Below, in pieces: positions 31,104 through 40,599 of a stretch of DNA of 64,000 bases (its first letter is position 1; every line of letters begins with the position of its first letter). The notes under the pieces were generated by a model that searched no databases, was not told where the DNA came from, and saw only the letters and a list, made by a program, of their open reading frames with translations. Location of the stretch: positions 29,838-93,837 of the forward strand of contig JBFWOZ010000007.1 of NCBI GenBank assembly GCA_050250255.1, written 5' to 3'. The position numbers and the translations under genes are program-made. The stretch comes from Bdellovibrionales bacterium. GTDB lineage: Bacteria > Bdellovibrionota > Bdellovibrionia > Bdellovibrionales > DASUEL01.

Positions 31104-31733
31104 ATGGATGTAAATACGAATTCTACGGAGTCGGCTGTCCTTTCGAGCACTTTATTCGTCTATGGTTCATTTTATGAGGGGATGGTTCACTTTGAGCGTA
31201 TTGCTCCATTTATTAGCAAAAAAGAAGATGCCGTTTTAAAAGCCACAGCTTATCGTTTGGATGCAGGTTATCCTGTTCTTCTATTAGAGGGTGAAGATAC
31301 GATTCGCGGCCAACTCGTTTCTATTGAAGCTCCTGAAACTCTTTGGAAACTTCTTGATGAATTTCATGGTTATTCTTTAAAAACTCCTGAAAAAAGTCTT
31401 TTCTTTAGAGCCTCTGTAGAAGTGGAAGTGAATGGAGAAAAAATCCATAGCTGTTCGTATGTGATGAATCCTATTAAACTTCCACGATCCGCACAAAAAA
31501 TTGAAAATGGAGACTGGCAAGGTTCCATCACCGCTCGTGAACCGATGGTAAAAACTTTGACTGTGAATCAGCGAACTTATGTTCAAAAGCTAGGTCGCTC
31601 CACAGGTCGCGATATTGTCCCTATTAACCTCGACCTTTATCGAGAGTTAATGAACAAGGGGCTTATCGTAGACAAAGGTCGAAGACTCGCGCTCACTTCT
31701 CTCGGACAAGAAGTGTTTCGATATCTGGAATGA
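31104..31733 (+). CDS. Gamma-glutamylcyclotransferase-like domain plus C-terminal winged-helix-like region
   Basis: LFVYGS, GYPVL, IENGDW; tail LYRELMNKGLI...LALTSLG. Confidence 0.75.
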   Translation: MDVNTNSTESAVLSSTLFVYGSFYEGMVHFERIAPFISKKEDAVLKATAYRLDAGYPVLLLEGEDTIRGQLVSIEAPETLWKLLDEFHGYSLKTPEKSLFFRASVEVEVNGEKIHSCSYVMNPIKLPRSAQKIENGDWQGSITAREPMVKTLTVNQRTYVQKLGRSTGRDIVPINLDLYRELMNKGLIVDKGRRLALTSLGQEVFRYLE

Positions 31734-32200
31734 GTTCTTCCAAGTTTCATGTTGTTCTTGTTGAACCAGAAATTCCTAATAATACCGGGAATATTGGTCG
31801 CACCTGCGTTGCTGCGACTTGCGATCTTCATTTGATAGGGAAACTCGGCTTTGAGATCACCGATACCAATTTAAAGCGCGCAGGCCTCGATTATTGGCAA
31901 CATTTGAGCTGGTATCACCATGCAAGTTGGGAAGAGTGGCTCAAACAGGTTCCAGATTCGAGCCGCATTTTTCTTTTTACGGCTAAGGCCAAGAAAAGCC
32001 TCTTCCAAGCTCAGTTCCAGGAAGGTGATTGGCTCGTATTTGGTAAGGAAACTGAAGGATTATCGGCTGATATTGTTGCGCAGCATAATGAGCGTGCGCT
32101 CACAATTCCTCAATATGGCCCCGTAAGAAGTTTGAATCTCGCAAATGCGGTCACCGTAGCCGTGTATGAGGCCATTCGTCAGATCCATTTCCCCTCTTAA
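31730..32200 (+). CDS. trmL: tRNA (cytidine/uridine34-2'-O)-methyltransferase
   Basis: PEIPNNTGNIGR, RAGLDYW, FGKETEGL, RSLNLAN. Confidence 0.93.
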   Translation: MSSSKFHVVLVEPEIPNNTGNIGRTCVAATCDLHLIGKLGFEITDTNLKRAGLDYWQHLSWYHHASWEEWLKQVPDSSRIFLFTAKAKKSLFQAQFQEGDWLVFGKETEGLSADIVAQHNERALTIPQYGPVRSLNLANAVTVAVYEAIRQIHFPS

Positions 32201-32251
32201 GCACGACTGCGAAATAGACACTCGATGTAGGAAGCGATAAGCTACATTTCT

Positions 32252-34948
32252 ATGTTTAAAAGTCTCATGGCTGCTGTAGTAGGCACCAAGCACGATCGGG
32301 ATATGAAACGTCTGCAACCCACTGTGGTTCAGATCAACTCCTTTGAGTCCAAGCTCAAAAATTTTACGGATGCGGAATTACAGTCGCAGACGGCAAAGTT
32401 TCGCGAGCGTTTGTCGCGCGGAGAAGCGCTCGACTCCATTTTACCTGAAGCGTTTGCAACGGTTCGCGAAGGTTCTCGCCGCGTTTTAGGAATGAGACAT
32501 TACGATGTGCAGTTGATTGGTGGACTTGTACTTCATCAAGGTAAAATTGCAGAGATGAAAACAGGAGAAGGAAAAACTCTCGTCGCCACTTTGCCAGTGT
32601 ACACAAATGCCCTTGAGGGAAAAGGTGTTCACGTTGTAACGGTGAACGATTATCTTGCAAAACGTGACTCCGAGTGGATGGGTCGCCTTTATAGTTTTCT
32701 TGGAATGAAGACAGGCATTATTGTTCACGAACTCAATGATCGCCAAAGAAAAGAATCATACGGAAGCGACATCACTTACGGAACAAATAACGAATTTGGT
32801 TTCGATTACCTTCGCGACAACATGAAGTTTGAGCTTTCGTCTTACGTGCAAAGAGGCTTCAACTACGCCATCGTGGATGAGTGTGACTCTATTTTAGTGG
32901 ATGAAGCACGTACGCCTCTTATTATTTCAGGTCCTTCGGAAGACTCCACTGACAAATATTATACCGTGAACAAAGTGATCCCGAGCCTTCTTCGTGGAAA
33001 ACACTTTGAGATGGAAGAAAAATCCAAAACCGCTTCGCTTACCGAAGAGGGTGCAACGAAAGTCGAAGAATTACTTTCTATCGACAATCTTTACGAACCT
33101 GCGCACATCGAAATTCTTCATCATATCTATCAAGGCTTAAAAGCTCATCATCTCTATCGTCGTGACGTGGAGTACATGGTGAAAGATGGCGAAGTGGTTA
33201 TCGTCGATGATTTTACAGGCCGACTTATGCCAGGTCGTCGTTGGAGCGATGGGCTTCACCAAGCGATCGAAGCAAAAGAGGGTGTAGAAGTTCGTAGCGA
33301 AAACCAAACGCTCGCGACAATCACATTCCAAAATTATTTCCGTATGTACAAAAAACTGTCGGGCATGACGGGAACAGCCGACACCGAAGCAGTGGAATTT
33401 AAGAAGATTTATAATCTTGATGTCATCGTGATTCCAACCAACAGGGCGGTTTCGCGTAAAGACATGAACGATGTTGTTTACAAGACGGAAGAAGGAAAGT
33501 TTAAGGCCCTCGCGACAGATATCAAAGAACGACACCAGGCGGGTCAGCCAGTTCTTGTTGGTACCGTGAGTATCGAAAAGTCGGAAAAACTCAGCACCTA
33601 TCTTAAAAAGCAAAATGTGACTCACAATGTACTCAATGCCAAACATCACGAGCGTGAAGCCGAGATCATTGCGCAGGCGGGACGAAAAGGGGCAGTCACG
33701 ATCGCTACCAACATGGCAGGTCGTGGAACCGATATTCTTTTGGGCGGTAACCCAGAAGGGCTCGCGAAGAAACTTCACAAAGATGAAGAGTCTGAAGATT
33801 TCAAAAAAGAAGTCGCTAAGTGGAAAGAAACCACGGAGCAAGAAAAACGTGAAGTGATTGAGGCCGGCGGCCTCTACATTATGGGAACCGAACGTCACGA
33901 ATCTCGTCGTATTGATAATCAGCTTCGAGGTCGAGCGGGTCGTCAGGGAGATCCGGGAGCTTCTAAGTTTTACCTTTCTCTTGAAGACAATCTCATGCGC
34001 ATTTTTAGCGGTGAGCGTATTCAAAAACTAATGACCATGCTGAATATGCCAGACGATGAACCTATCGAAGCACCGATGGTGAACCGTGCTATTGAAGGCG
34101 CACAAAGAAAAGTAGAGGGTCACAACTTCGATATTCGTAAACATCTTCTTGAATATGACGATGTGATGAATAAGCAGCGAAACGCGATCTACACTTTACG
34201 CCGTGAAGTTCTAGAGGGCGAAAAGCTTGAAGAAATCGTTTCCGAGATGATGGGTGATGTGGCTTCTCACATCATGGATACTTTTGCTCCGGAGGGTGTG
34301 AAGGCTCATTCCTGGGATTTAGAAGGGTTAAATACCGCACTCCAAAGACAATTCGGAGCTTCGCTAAAATTTGAAGGAGATCTTGCTCCAACAAATCTCA
34401 ATTCTGACAAGCTGACACAAGCTGTGAGTCAGCTCGTAAAAAGAGAATATGAGCGGCAAAAAACAACTTTGGCCCATCTAGTAACAGAAGTTCAAAAGCG
34501 TATTCTTTTGCAGACGATCGATACGTTATGGAAAGAACATCTGTTGAGAATGGACCATTTGAAAGAGGGAATTAATCTTCGTGCTTATGCACAAAAAGAT
34601 CCTCTCATCGAATACAAAAAAGAAGCATTTAATGCTTTTGCGGAAGTGGATCATTTAATCAAAGCTCAGGCCGTAGAGATGTTTTTGAAAATTCAAATCG
34701 TCACGCAGCCCTTGACAGATAGCGCGGTTGAAGAGCCTGAAGAGGCGCTTAAGAGTTTGGCTCCAAAGCCCGCGAGACAAAAATTGACGTTCACACATGA
34801 ATCCGAATCGACATTCAATGAGTCGAAGAAATCTTCAGAGCCTGCACGTCGCGCAGAGCGGGTCGGCCGTAATGATCCGTGTCCTTGTGGCAGCGGGAAG
34901 AAGTATAAAAAATGTCACGGAGCCGATGCTGATCAACTGAATGATTAG
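32252..34948 (+). CDS. secA: Protein translocase subunit SecA
   Basis: [48 protein letters not shown]. Confidence 0.99.
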   Translation: MFKSLMAAVVGTKHDRDMKRLQPTVVQINSFESKLKNFTDAELQSQTAKFRERLSRGEALDSILPEAFATVREGSRRVLGMRHYDVQLIGGLVLHQGKIAEMKTGEGKTLVATLPVYTNALEGKGVHVVTVNDYLAKRDSEWMGRLYSFLGMKTGIIVHELNDRQRKESYGSDITYGTNNEFGFDYLRDNMKFELSSYVQRGFNYAIVDECDSILVDEARTPLIISGPSEDSTDKYYTVNKVIPSLLRGKHFEMEEKSKTASLTEEGATKVEELLSIDNLYEPAHIEILHHIYQGLKAHHLYRRDVEYMVKDGEVVIVDDFTGRLMPGRRWSDGLHQAIEAKEGVEVRSENQTLATITFQNYFRMYKKLSGMTGTADTEAVEFKKIYNLDVIVIPTNRAVSRKDMNDVVYKTEEGKFKALATDIKERHQAGQPVLVGTVSIEKSEKLSTYLKKQNVTHNVLNAKHHEREAEIIAQAGRKGAVTIATNMAGRGTDILLGGNPEGLAKKLHKDEESEDFKKEVAKWKETTEQEKREVIEAGGLYIMGTERHESRRIDNQLRGRAGRQGDPGASKFYLSLEDNLMRIFSGERIQKLMTMLNMPDDEPIEAPMVNRAIEGAQRKVEGHNFDIRKHLLEYDDVMNKQRNAIYTLRREVLEGEKLEEIVSEMMGDVASHIMDTFAPEGVKAHSWDLEGLNTALQRQFGASLKFEGDLAPTNLNSDKLTQAVSQLVKREYERQKTTLAHLVTEVQKRILLQTIDTLWKEHLLRMDHLKEGINLRAYAQKDPLIEYKKEAFNAFAEVDHLIKAQAVEMFLKIQIVTQPLTDSAVEEPEEALKSLAPKPARQKLTFTHESESTFNESKKSSEPARRAERVGRNDPCPCGSGKKYKKCHGADADQLND

Positions 34949-34966
34949 TACTTAAGGGAGAGGCGT

Positions 34967-35677
34967 TTGGCAAACTGTCTCAAATGTAGTGCGCAACTGG
35001 ATGGTGATTTTGGTATGGAAACCTGTCCCAGTTGCGGTGAAATTAATTTTCTCGATGCAGACGCTCCGGCGGATGCTCCTGCAGATGTAAGCTCTGCTCC
35101 CAAGCCTAAAAAAAATGAGTTCAGTGTTCTTGTCAGTGGTAATCCTTCTCACGAAGAGGCCCGATCGTCGGGAGAAGATCGTGAGCGAGCGGGTGGCATG
35201 AACGAATGGCTTGCTGACGAACCAGGGATAGAACCTCTCACGCCAGCTATTGAGCCTCTCGAATCACCTGTGTCAGCTCCATTCGAGGAGGAGACAAAAA
35301 CTGGTTCTCACGCTCAAGTCAGGCCTGCGACAACGGCCACGGCAATGGACGCGCCGGCAGAACCCAACATTGAGGAGATCGCGGATTTTGGTAATGACAT
35401 CAGTTCCAACGCCGCCGATGGATTTCTCTATTACGATTTAAAAGTTGCCGGTATTGATTCCAAAGAAGTGCGGCAGTCTGTGCTCAATGCACTTCTTGAT
35501 AAAAAATTGGGTTGGAGCCAAGCGACCCTTGAGAAAAAAATCGAAAATGGAACTCTCTCGTTTTCTGGTTTGAATCCTATGAAAGCAAGTCAGATCGTTA
35601 AAAAATTAAGATTTCTAGATGTGCAAATCACGTGGACTCAAAAGCCACTTCCCTCTTCAACGCCGGAGCAAACATGA
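34967..35677 (+). CDS. Zinc-ribbon hypothetical protein
   Basis: CxxC...CPxCG N-terminus, disordered linker, small C-terminal domain; SD GGGAGAGG. Confidence 0.7.
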   Translation: MANCLKCSAQLDGDFGMETCPSCGEINFLDADAPADAPADVSSAPKPKKNEFSVLVSGNPSHEEARSSGEDRERAGGMNEWLADEPGIEPLTPAIEPLESPVSAPFEEETKTGSHAQVRPATTATAMDAPAEPNIEEIADFGNDISSNAADGFLYYDLKVAGIDSKEVRQSVLNALLDKKLGWSQATLEKKIENGTLSFSGLNPMKASQIVKKLRFLDVQITWTQKPLPSSTPEQT

Positions 35678-36210
35678 CAAAAATTTGTGTTTTTATTTTT
35701 TGCTTCTTCCTTATTCAGGGCGTTTTTGCTCGCGAGTGGGACGCTCATGAGGTGAGTTTAAAAGCGAGTGTCGACAAGATTCGAGAGAAAGAAAAGAAGA
35801 TCGCAGAATTAATCAGTCATAAAAATCTTATGCACGAAGGTGCTCCAGAGCTCAAAGCCGCATTAGAGGAAATCACGAGGGAACATAAGGAGCTCATTGC
35901 TCTTTACAAAGAATTTGATGATGAAAAAGAGCACGTTCGCTTTAACCATCCCGATCAAGGACAAAAAATTGAAAGAAAGTATTCACGTTTTAAAGTGAAA
36001 ACTCTCGATGCTTTTGAGGGCGAAGGCGGGATTGACGGAAAACTATCTCGCGTAAAATCTAAAGCGCTGAAAAAATTTGGAGAAAAAGCTCCAGTTATAG
36101 AGCCAGAGGAGCCGACAGAAGAAGAGCAAGAAAAGCTCAAAGAGGCTGAGCGAATCGCAAACGACGCTAAGAATGATAAAAATAGTAAACGTATCCGAAT
36201 GAAGAAGTGA
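35674..36210 (+). CDS. Hypothetical exported coiled-coil protein
   Basis: Signal peptide ending VFA; charged helical body. Confidence 0.65.
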   Translation: MTKICVFIFCFFLIQGVFAREWDAHEVSLKASVDKIREKEKKIAELISHKNLMHEGAPELKAALEEITREHKELIALYKEFDDEKEHVRFNHPDQGQKIERKYSRFKVKTLDAFEGEGGIDGKLSRVKSKALKKFGEKAPVIEPEEPTEEEQEKLKEAERIANDAKNDKNSKRIRMKK

Positions 36211-36217
36211 GCCGAGA

Positions 36218-36712
36218 ATGAAATATCTCTTATTTATTTTTCTTTTTTTAAACCTAGCTTGTTCAACAACTCCGTTTAAGAGATTTGAAAAAGTAAAAGT
36301 GGGAATGTACAAAGATGATGTTTTAGATATCGCAGGCTCACCTCAAGAATCCAATTTTAAAAATGATGAGTATGTTTGGTATTACCGATTTATCACTGAT
36401 GCGGGCACCTTGGTGCGTGAAGTAAGGTTGAAACAGGATTTCGTCAGCTATGTGGGTGATCCTTTGGGTACAAGCGGTGAGAAGTTTTCGAAAGTAAGAG
36501 TAGGCATGACCAAGGCACAAATCTTAGATTTAGTGGGTTTTCCAGGTCGAGCTGAAACCGTGAATGGCTTAGATATTTGGACCTACACTGTGAATACACC
36601 AAAAGAAAAGAAAACGATGTCGATAGAATTCGCACAAGATAAAGCGACTTACGCAGGTCCACCCAAAGAAAAGTCAGAGGCACCAACTGGCGACTTTGTT
36701 CCAGTCGAATAA
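36218..36712 (+). CDS. BamE/SmpA-like lipoprotein with two tandem domains
   Basis: Lipobox NLAC; VKVGMYKDDVLDIAGSP and VRVGMTKAQILDLVGFP. Confidence 0.75.
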   Translation: MKYLLFIFLFLNLACSTTPFKRFEKVKVGMYKDDVLDIAGSPQESNFKNDEYVWYYRFITDAGTLVREVRLKQDFVSYVGDPLGTSGEKFSKVRVGMTKAQILDLVGFPGRAETVNGLDIWTYTVNTPKEKKTMSIEFAQDKATYAGPPKEKSEAPTGDFVPVE

Positions 36713-36781
36713 AAATTAAGAAATTGGCGAGTCATGATGATGTTCAAGAACCTATTTTAAGACAGGTTCGCAGAACTCTAA

Positions 36782-37546
36782 TTACAAAATATGAGCGCCG
36801 CTATCCACAAACATCGTTGTGCCGGTGATGTGTCGTCCACCTGGTCCGCAGAGGAAGGCACCTAAGTGACCAACGTCATCGGCAGAGATATTTTCTTTAA
36901 GCGGAGTTTTTTCTGCAGCCGACGAGAGCATTTCACGGAAATTACGAACGCCAGCAGCAGCCAATGTTTTCACGGGTCCTGCGGAAATCGCGTTCACACA
37001 AATCTTCTGTGGTCCAAGATCGTAAGCTAGATATCTCACGCTGGCTTCAAGTGCTGCTTTCGCAACTCCCATGACGTTGTAATTTGGGACAACCTTTTGG
37101 GCTCCCAAATAGGTCATTGTTAAAATAGTTCCACCATTTGGCATAAGAGGTTCGGCATGTTTCGCAAAAGGAATGAGAGAAAATGCACTCACATCAAGTG
37201 CGAGCCGAAAGCCTTCACGACTTGTGTTTACAAAGCGGCCATCGAGTTCTTCTCGGTTGGCAAAAGCCACCGAGTGAATGACCGCGTCCAGTGTGCCCCA
37301 TTTTTTCTTTGTGGTTTCAAAAAGTTTTGCGATGTCTTCGTCTTTTGCGACATCGCAAGGTTCGATTAAAGTGGAACCTAAGCTTTCTGCAAGAGGGCGG
37401 ACGCGTTTTTCAAGGCGCTCATCTAAATATGTAAACCCTAATTCACAGCCAGCCGCATGAAGTTGTTGGGCGACCGCCCAGGCGAGACTACGTTCATTCG
37501 CAACACCGACGATCAAGGCTTTTTTGCCCTTCATTGTTTCTGACAT
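36782..37546 (-). CDS. fabI: Enoyl-ACP reductase
   Basis: GVANERSLAW, YNVMGVAKAALE, ISAGPVKTLAA. Confidence 0.95.
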   Translation of the reverse strand: MSETMKGKKALIVGVANERSLAWAVAQQLHAAGCELGFTYLDERLEKRVRPLAESLGSTLIEPCDVAKDEDIAKLFETTKKKWGTLDAVIHSVAFANREELDGRFVNTSREGFRLALDVSAFSLIPFAKHAEPLMPNGGTILTMTYLGAQKVVPNYNVMGVAKAALEASVRYLAYDLGPQKICVNAISAGPVKTLAAAGVRNFREMLSSAAEKTPLKENISADDVGHLGAFLCGPGGRHITGTTMFVDSGAHIL

Positions 37547-37548
37547 GT

Positions 37549-38667
37549 TCAAATTCCTTTCACGATTTCCACAACTTTTTCCACACCTTCAAGCCCTGAC
37601 CAGAGTGGCAGTCGTACCACGCGTTCACTAAGATCATCCGTAACTGGAAGTGCGCCATTGGTACGACCAAAGCGTTCTCCTGCAGGTGACGAGTGAAGTG
37701 GGATGTAGTGGAAAGCGGCTGTGATTTCTTTTTTCTTAAGTTGCTCAATAATGGATTCACGAATTTTATGTGTGGGTGCGATCATGTAAAAAATGTGAGC
37801 GTTGTGTTCGCACTCTTGGGGAATCGTTGGGAGTTTGAAATCTCCCTTTTCTTCGAGAGGTTTGAGAGCTTTGTAGTATTCATCCCACACTAACATGCGC
37901 CCTTTTTGAATCTCTTGAGATCTTTCAAATTGCGCAAGTAGCAAGGCTGCTAACAAATCGCTACAGATGTAAGAAGAGCCTACGTCCATCCAAGTGTAGA
38001 AAGCGGTCTCTCTTCGAAGAAAGCTTGTACGGTTCGTTCCTTTTTCGCGAATGATCTCGGAACGTAGCAGGTAACTCTCGTCATTTACGACAAGAGCGCC
38101 ACCTTCTCCAGAGACGAGATTTTTTGTTTCATGAAAACTGAAAGTACCAAAATCGCCAAGAGTACCAAGAGCTTTCCCTTTGTAGCGAGAGAGCACGGCC
38201 TGCGCGGCATCTTCCACTACGTAAAGATGATGTTTTTTGGCGATCGCAAGAATTTTATCCATCTCGCAAGCAACGCCTGCGTAATGAACAATAAAAATCG
38301 CTTTTGTTTTGGGAGTGATATGCGCTTCGATGAGATTCTCGTCGATATTCAAGATATCGGGCCTGATGTCGACAAATACCGGTGTTGCCCCACGAAGGAC
38401 TACGGCGTTAGCCGTCGAAACGAAAGTGAAGGAAGGCATGATCACCTCATCGCCCGGTTCTAATTCACAAAGTAGAGCCGACATTTCAAGAGCTGCGGTA
38501 CAGGAGTGAACAAGAAGAGCTTTTTTTGCTTTCGTTTGCGACTCGATCCACTGTTCACATTTACGCGTAAAGGACCCATTTCCTTTAATCTGGCCAGATT
38601 CGAGGCAGGTCTTAATATATTCCATCTCTTTGGAAGAAAGGGAGGGTTTCGTGAACTCTATTGCCAT
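37549..38667 (-). CDS. wecE: dTDP-4-amino-4,6-dideoxygalactose transaminase (WecE/RffA type)
   Basis: SCTAALEM, VEDAAQ, FSFHETKN, EKGTNR, YTWMDVGSSY. Confidence 0.9.
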   Translation of the reverse strand: MAIEFTKPSLSSKEMEYIKTCLESGQIKGNGSFTRKCEQWIESQTKAKKALLVHSCTAALEMSALLCELEPGDEVIMPSFTFVSTANAVVLRGATPVFVDIRPDILNIDENLIEAHITPKTKAIFIVHYAGVACEMDKILAIAKKHHLYVVEDAAQAVLSRYKGKALGTLGDFGTFSFHETKNLVSGEGGALVVNDESYLLRSEIIREKGTNRTSFLRRETAFYTWMDVGSSYICSDLLAALLLAQFERSQEIQKGRMLVWDEYYKALKPLEEKGDFKLPTIPQECEHNAHIFYMIAPTHKIRESIIEQLKKKEITAAFHYIPLHSSPAGERFGRTNGALPVTDDLSERVVRLPLWSGLEGVEKVVEIVKGI

Positions 38668-38678
38668 AGGGGGTGAAT

Positions 38679-38945
38679 ATAGAACTCATCTCACGAATAG
38701 GCAAGGCCCGACGATTTCTAATGGTTTCAATATCGAGGCGCGAGGAGGAGGCATAGCGGTCCTATGCCGACGACGAGTAATGAAGAGATTGAAACCATTA
38801 GAAATCGCCCAAAGGGTTCTTCGCTCTTTCCTAGAACTTTTCGTTACTTCTCCTCAAAATAGCACCACTATTTTTCGTCGTCGCGCCTCAATTTCTAGAA
38901 AAGAGCGAAGAATCGGGTCTTGCCTATTCGTGAGATGAGTTCTAT
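38679..38945. mobile_element. MITE/REPIN-like palindromic element, 267 bp
   Basis: 33-bp terminal inverted repeats (1 mismatch) enclosing two internal hairpins with 20-bp stems. Confidence 0.75.
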
Positions 38946-38957
38946 TAAGTGTGTCTC

Positions 38958-39779
38958 ATGCAAAAGCTTTCTGTCGTGGTCTTAAGCTATAACCATCCAT
39001 TACACACTGCGCGAGCGGTGAGGTCGGCTTTGCAATGGAATCTCCCAGTTTTGCTCGTACACAATGGCAGTCTTTCCAAGCATGTGGAGCTTTTAAAAAA
39101 AGAGTTTCAGGAAACTTCACAATTCACACATTTGGTTCTTCCTGAAAATAAAGGTTATTCCGGCGGAGTGAATGAGGGTCTTTATGCGGCCACTTCTGAG
39201 TGGGTGATTTTTCTGACAAATGATTGTGAGCTACTGAGTGTACCGAAACTTCCTTTAAAGCCAATGGCGGTGATCCCCCAAGTTTTTCGTAGATCTCTCA
39301 ATCAAATTGATTCTATAGGTGGTCTCTTTGAACCAACGAGCGGAAAGCTCGTGCACTGTAAAACCAAAGAAGATTTTGAAAATCCTGACGCAAAATGGTC
39401 GCCCTACATTCCGGGTTCAAGCTTTCTCGTGCATCGCGAGGTGTTTGAAAAAACAAAAGGGATGGATGAGAGTTTGGGAACCTACTGGGACGACGTCGAT
39501 TGGTCCCTCAGAATTCAAAAAATGAATTTCCCTATCCAGCTTCAAGAGCAATGGCATGTGCTTCACTACGTAGGAAAAACTTGCCAAAAAAATCCGCTCT
39601 ATTCCATTTACTATTTCCAGAGAAATCGAAAAAAGATTTCCTGGAAATACACAAAACCTTCTGAGAAACCAAAACTATGTTTCGCCTTAGCTAAAGATTG
39701 GACCCGCTTAAGTCTCAATCTCATTTCTAAAAAACGCTACTCCGACTTGCGCTTGATCAAGCGCGCTCTTTTTGAATAG
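38958..39779 (+). CDS. Glycosyltransferase family 2
   Basis: VVVLSYN, ENKGYSGGVN, FLTND, WDDVDWS. Confidence 0.88.
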   Translation: MQKLSVVVLSYNHPLHTARAVRSALQWNLPVLLVHNGSLSKHVELLKKEFQETSQFTHLVLPENKGYSGGVNEGLYAATSEWVIFLTNDCELLSVPKLPLKPMAVIPQVFRRSLNQIDSIGGLFEPTSGKLVHCKTKEDFENPDAKWSPYIPGSSFLVHREVFEKTKGMDESLGTYWDDVDWSLRIQKMNFPIQLQEQWHVLHYVGKTCQKNPLYSIYYFQRNRKKISWKYTKPSEKPKLCFALAKDWTRLSLNLISKKRYSDLRLIKRALFE

Positions 39780-39798
39780 AATATCTGGTTAAACGGTA

Positions 39799-39826
39799 TT
39801 GACATCGATCAATAATATGTTAAACT
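39799..39826 (+). promoter_or_regulatory. Sigma-70 promoter of vapBC, probably leaderless mRNA
   Basis: TTGACA-N16-TAAACT with TG extension; ATG 7 nt downstream and no SD. Confidence 0.6.
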
Positions 39827-39833
39827 ATGAATT

Positions 39834-40055
39834 ATGAGCGTGAAAGTTTCCCCTAAATACCAAGTCGTGATCCCTGAGCAGGTTAGGCAAACCCTTAATA
39901 TTCGTCCTGGCATGGAAGTAGATGTGATCGCAAAGGGTGGTATTGCCTATATCGTTCCTGTCCCAACGGTGACGTCGCTTCGTGATAAAGTGAAAGATTA
40001 TCTTTCTGCTTCTGACAAAAAGACGTTACGTGAAAAGAAAGACCGGAAGTTTTGA
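39834..40055 (+). CDS. AbrB/MazE-type antitoxin (VapB)
   Basis: VKVSPKYQVVIPEQVRQTLNIRPG. Confidence 0.9.
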   Translation: MSVKVSPKYQVVIPEQVRQTLNIRPGMEVDVIAKGGIAYIVPVPTVTSLRDKVKDYLSASDKKTLREKKDRKF

Positions 40056-40056
40056 T

Positions 40057-40419
40057 ATGGTTGTCGACAGTTCCGTTTGGCTCGAGATTTTCTTAGAAGG
40101 GGAAAAGTATAAAGAGTGCGAAAAACTTATAAAAAAAGAAACTCTCTATGTTCCGAGTCTCATCCTTTTTGAACTTTATAAAAAAATTAAAACAAAAGTA
40201 TCAGAAGATATCGCACTTGAGTGCGTCTCGCATTTAAGCCAGCACACCGTAGTGGATCTAACGCGAGACGTGGCTTTACTTGCCGGCGACTTATCACTCG
40301 AATATAAACTCGCAATGGCCGATAGCGTAGTGCTCGCTCATTCGCGGCTTCTTTCATGTCCTCTTGTCACCTTAGACAATGATTTTTCTTCTGTACCTGG
40401 AGTTCTCGTCGTCAGATAG
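40057..40419 (+). CDS. PIN-domain toxin (VapC)
   Basis: VVDSSVWLE, FELYK, LAMADS, TLDNDF acidic PIN residues. Confidence 0.9.
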   Translation: MVVDSSVWLEIFLEGEKYKECEKLIKKETLYVPSLILFELYKKIKTKVSEDIALECVSHLSQHTVVDLTRDVALLAGDLSLEYKLAMADSVVLAHSRLLSCPLVTLDNDFSSVPGVLVVR

Positions 40420-40562
40420 AGGGTCTTGCTCTGACCTACATCAAACGTTATGATGACAATCACCAATTTGGACTCAGTTTCAAAAGATAATGAAGCTTGT
40501 CCAAAGGGTGACCAGGTCGTCACGATCTTAGAACGCCCTTAGTTCTGTTATGTAGATTTAAG

Positions 40563-40586
40563 TAGCGGAAGACATTTCTTCCGCTA
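40563..40586. terminator. Hairpin between convergent vapC and pepP
   Basis: TAGCGGAAGA-CATT-TCTTCCGCTA; weak U-tract. Confidence 0.5.
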
Positions 40587-40599
40587 TGAGTTTAGACAA

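Noticed and set aside
33137..34024. 295-aa minus-strand ORF, likewise 6172-6810, 8378-8992 and 26866-27399
   Set aside because: Antisense shadows of secA, glpD, mreB and yeaH; no motifs of their own
38630..38938. 102-aa ORF
   Set aside because: Reads through the palindromic element and overlaps the wecE start; likely spurious
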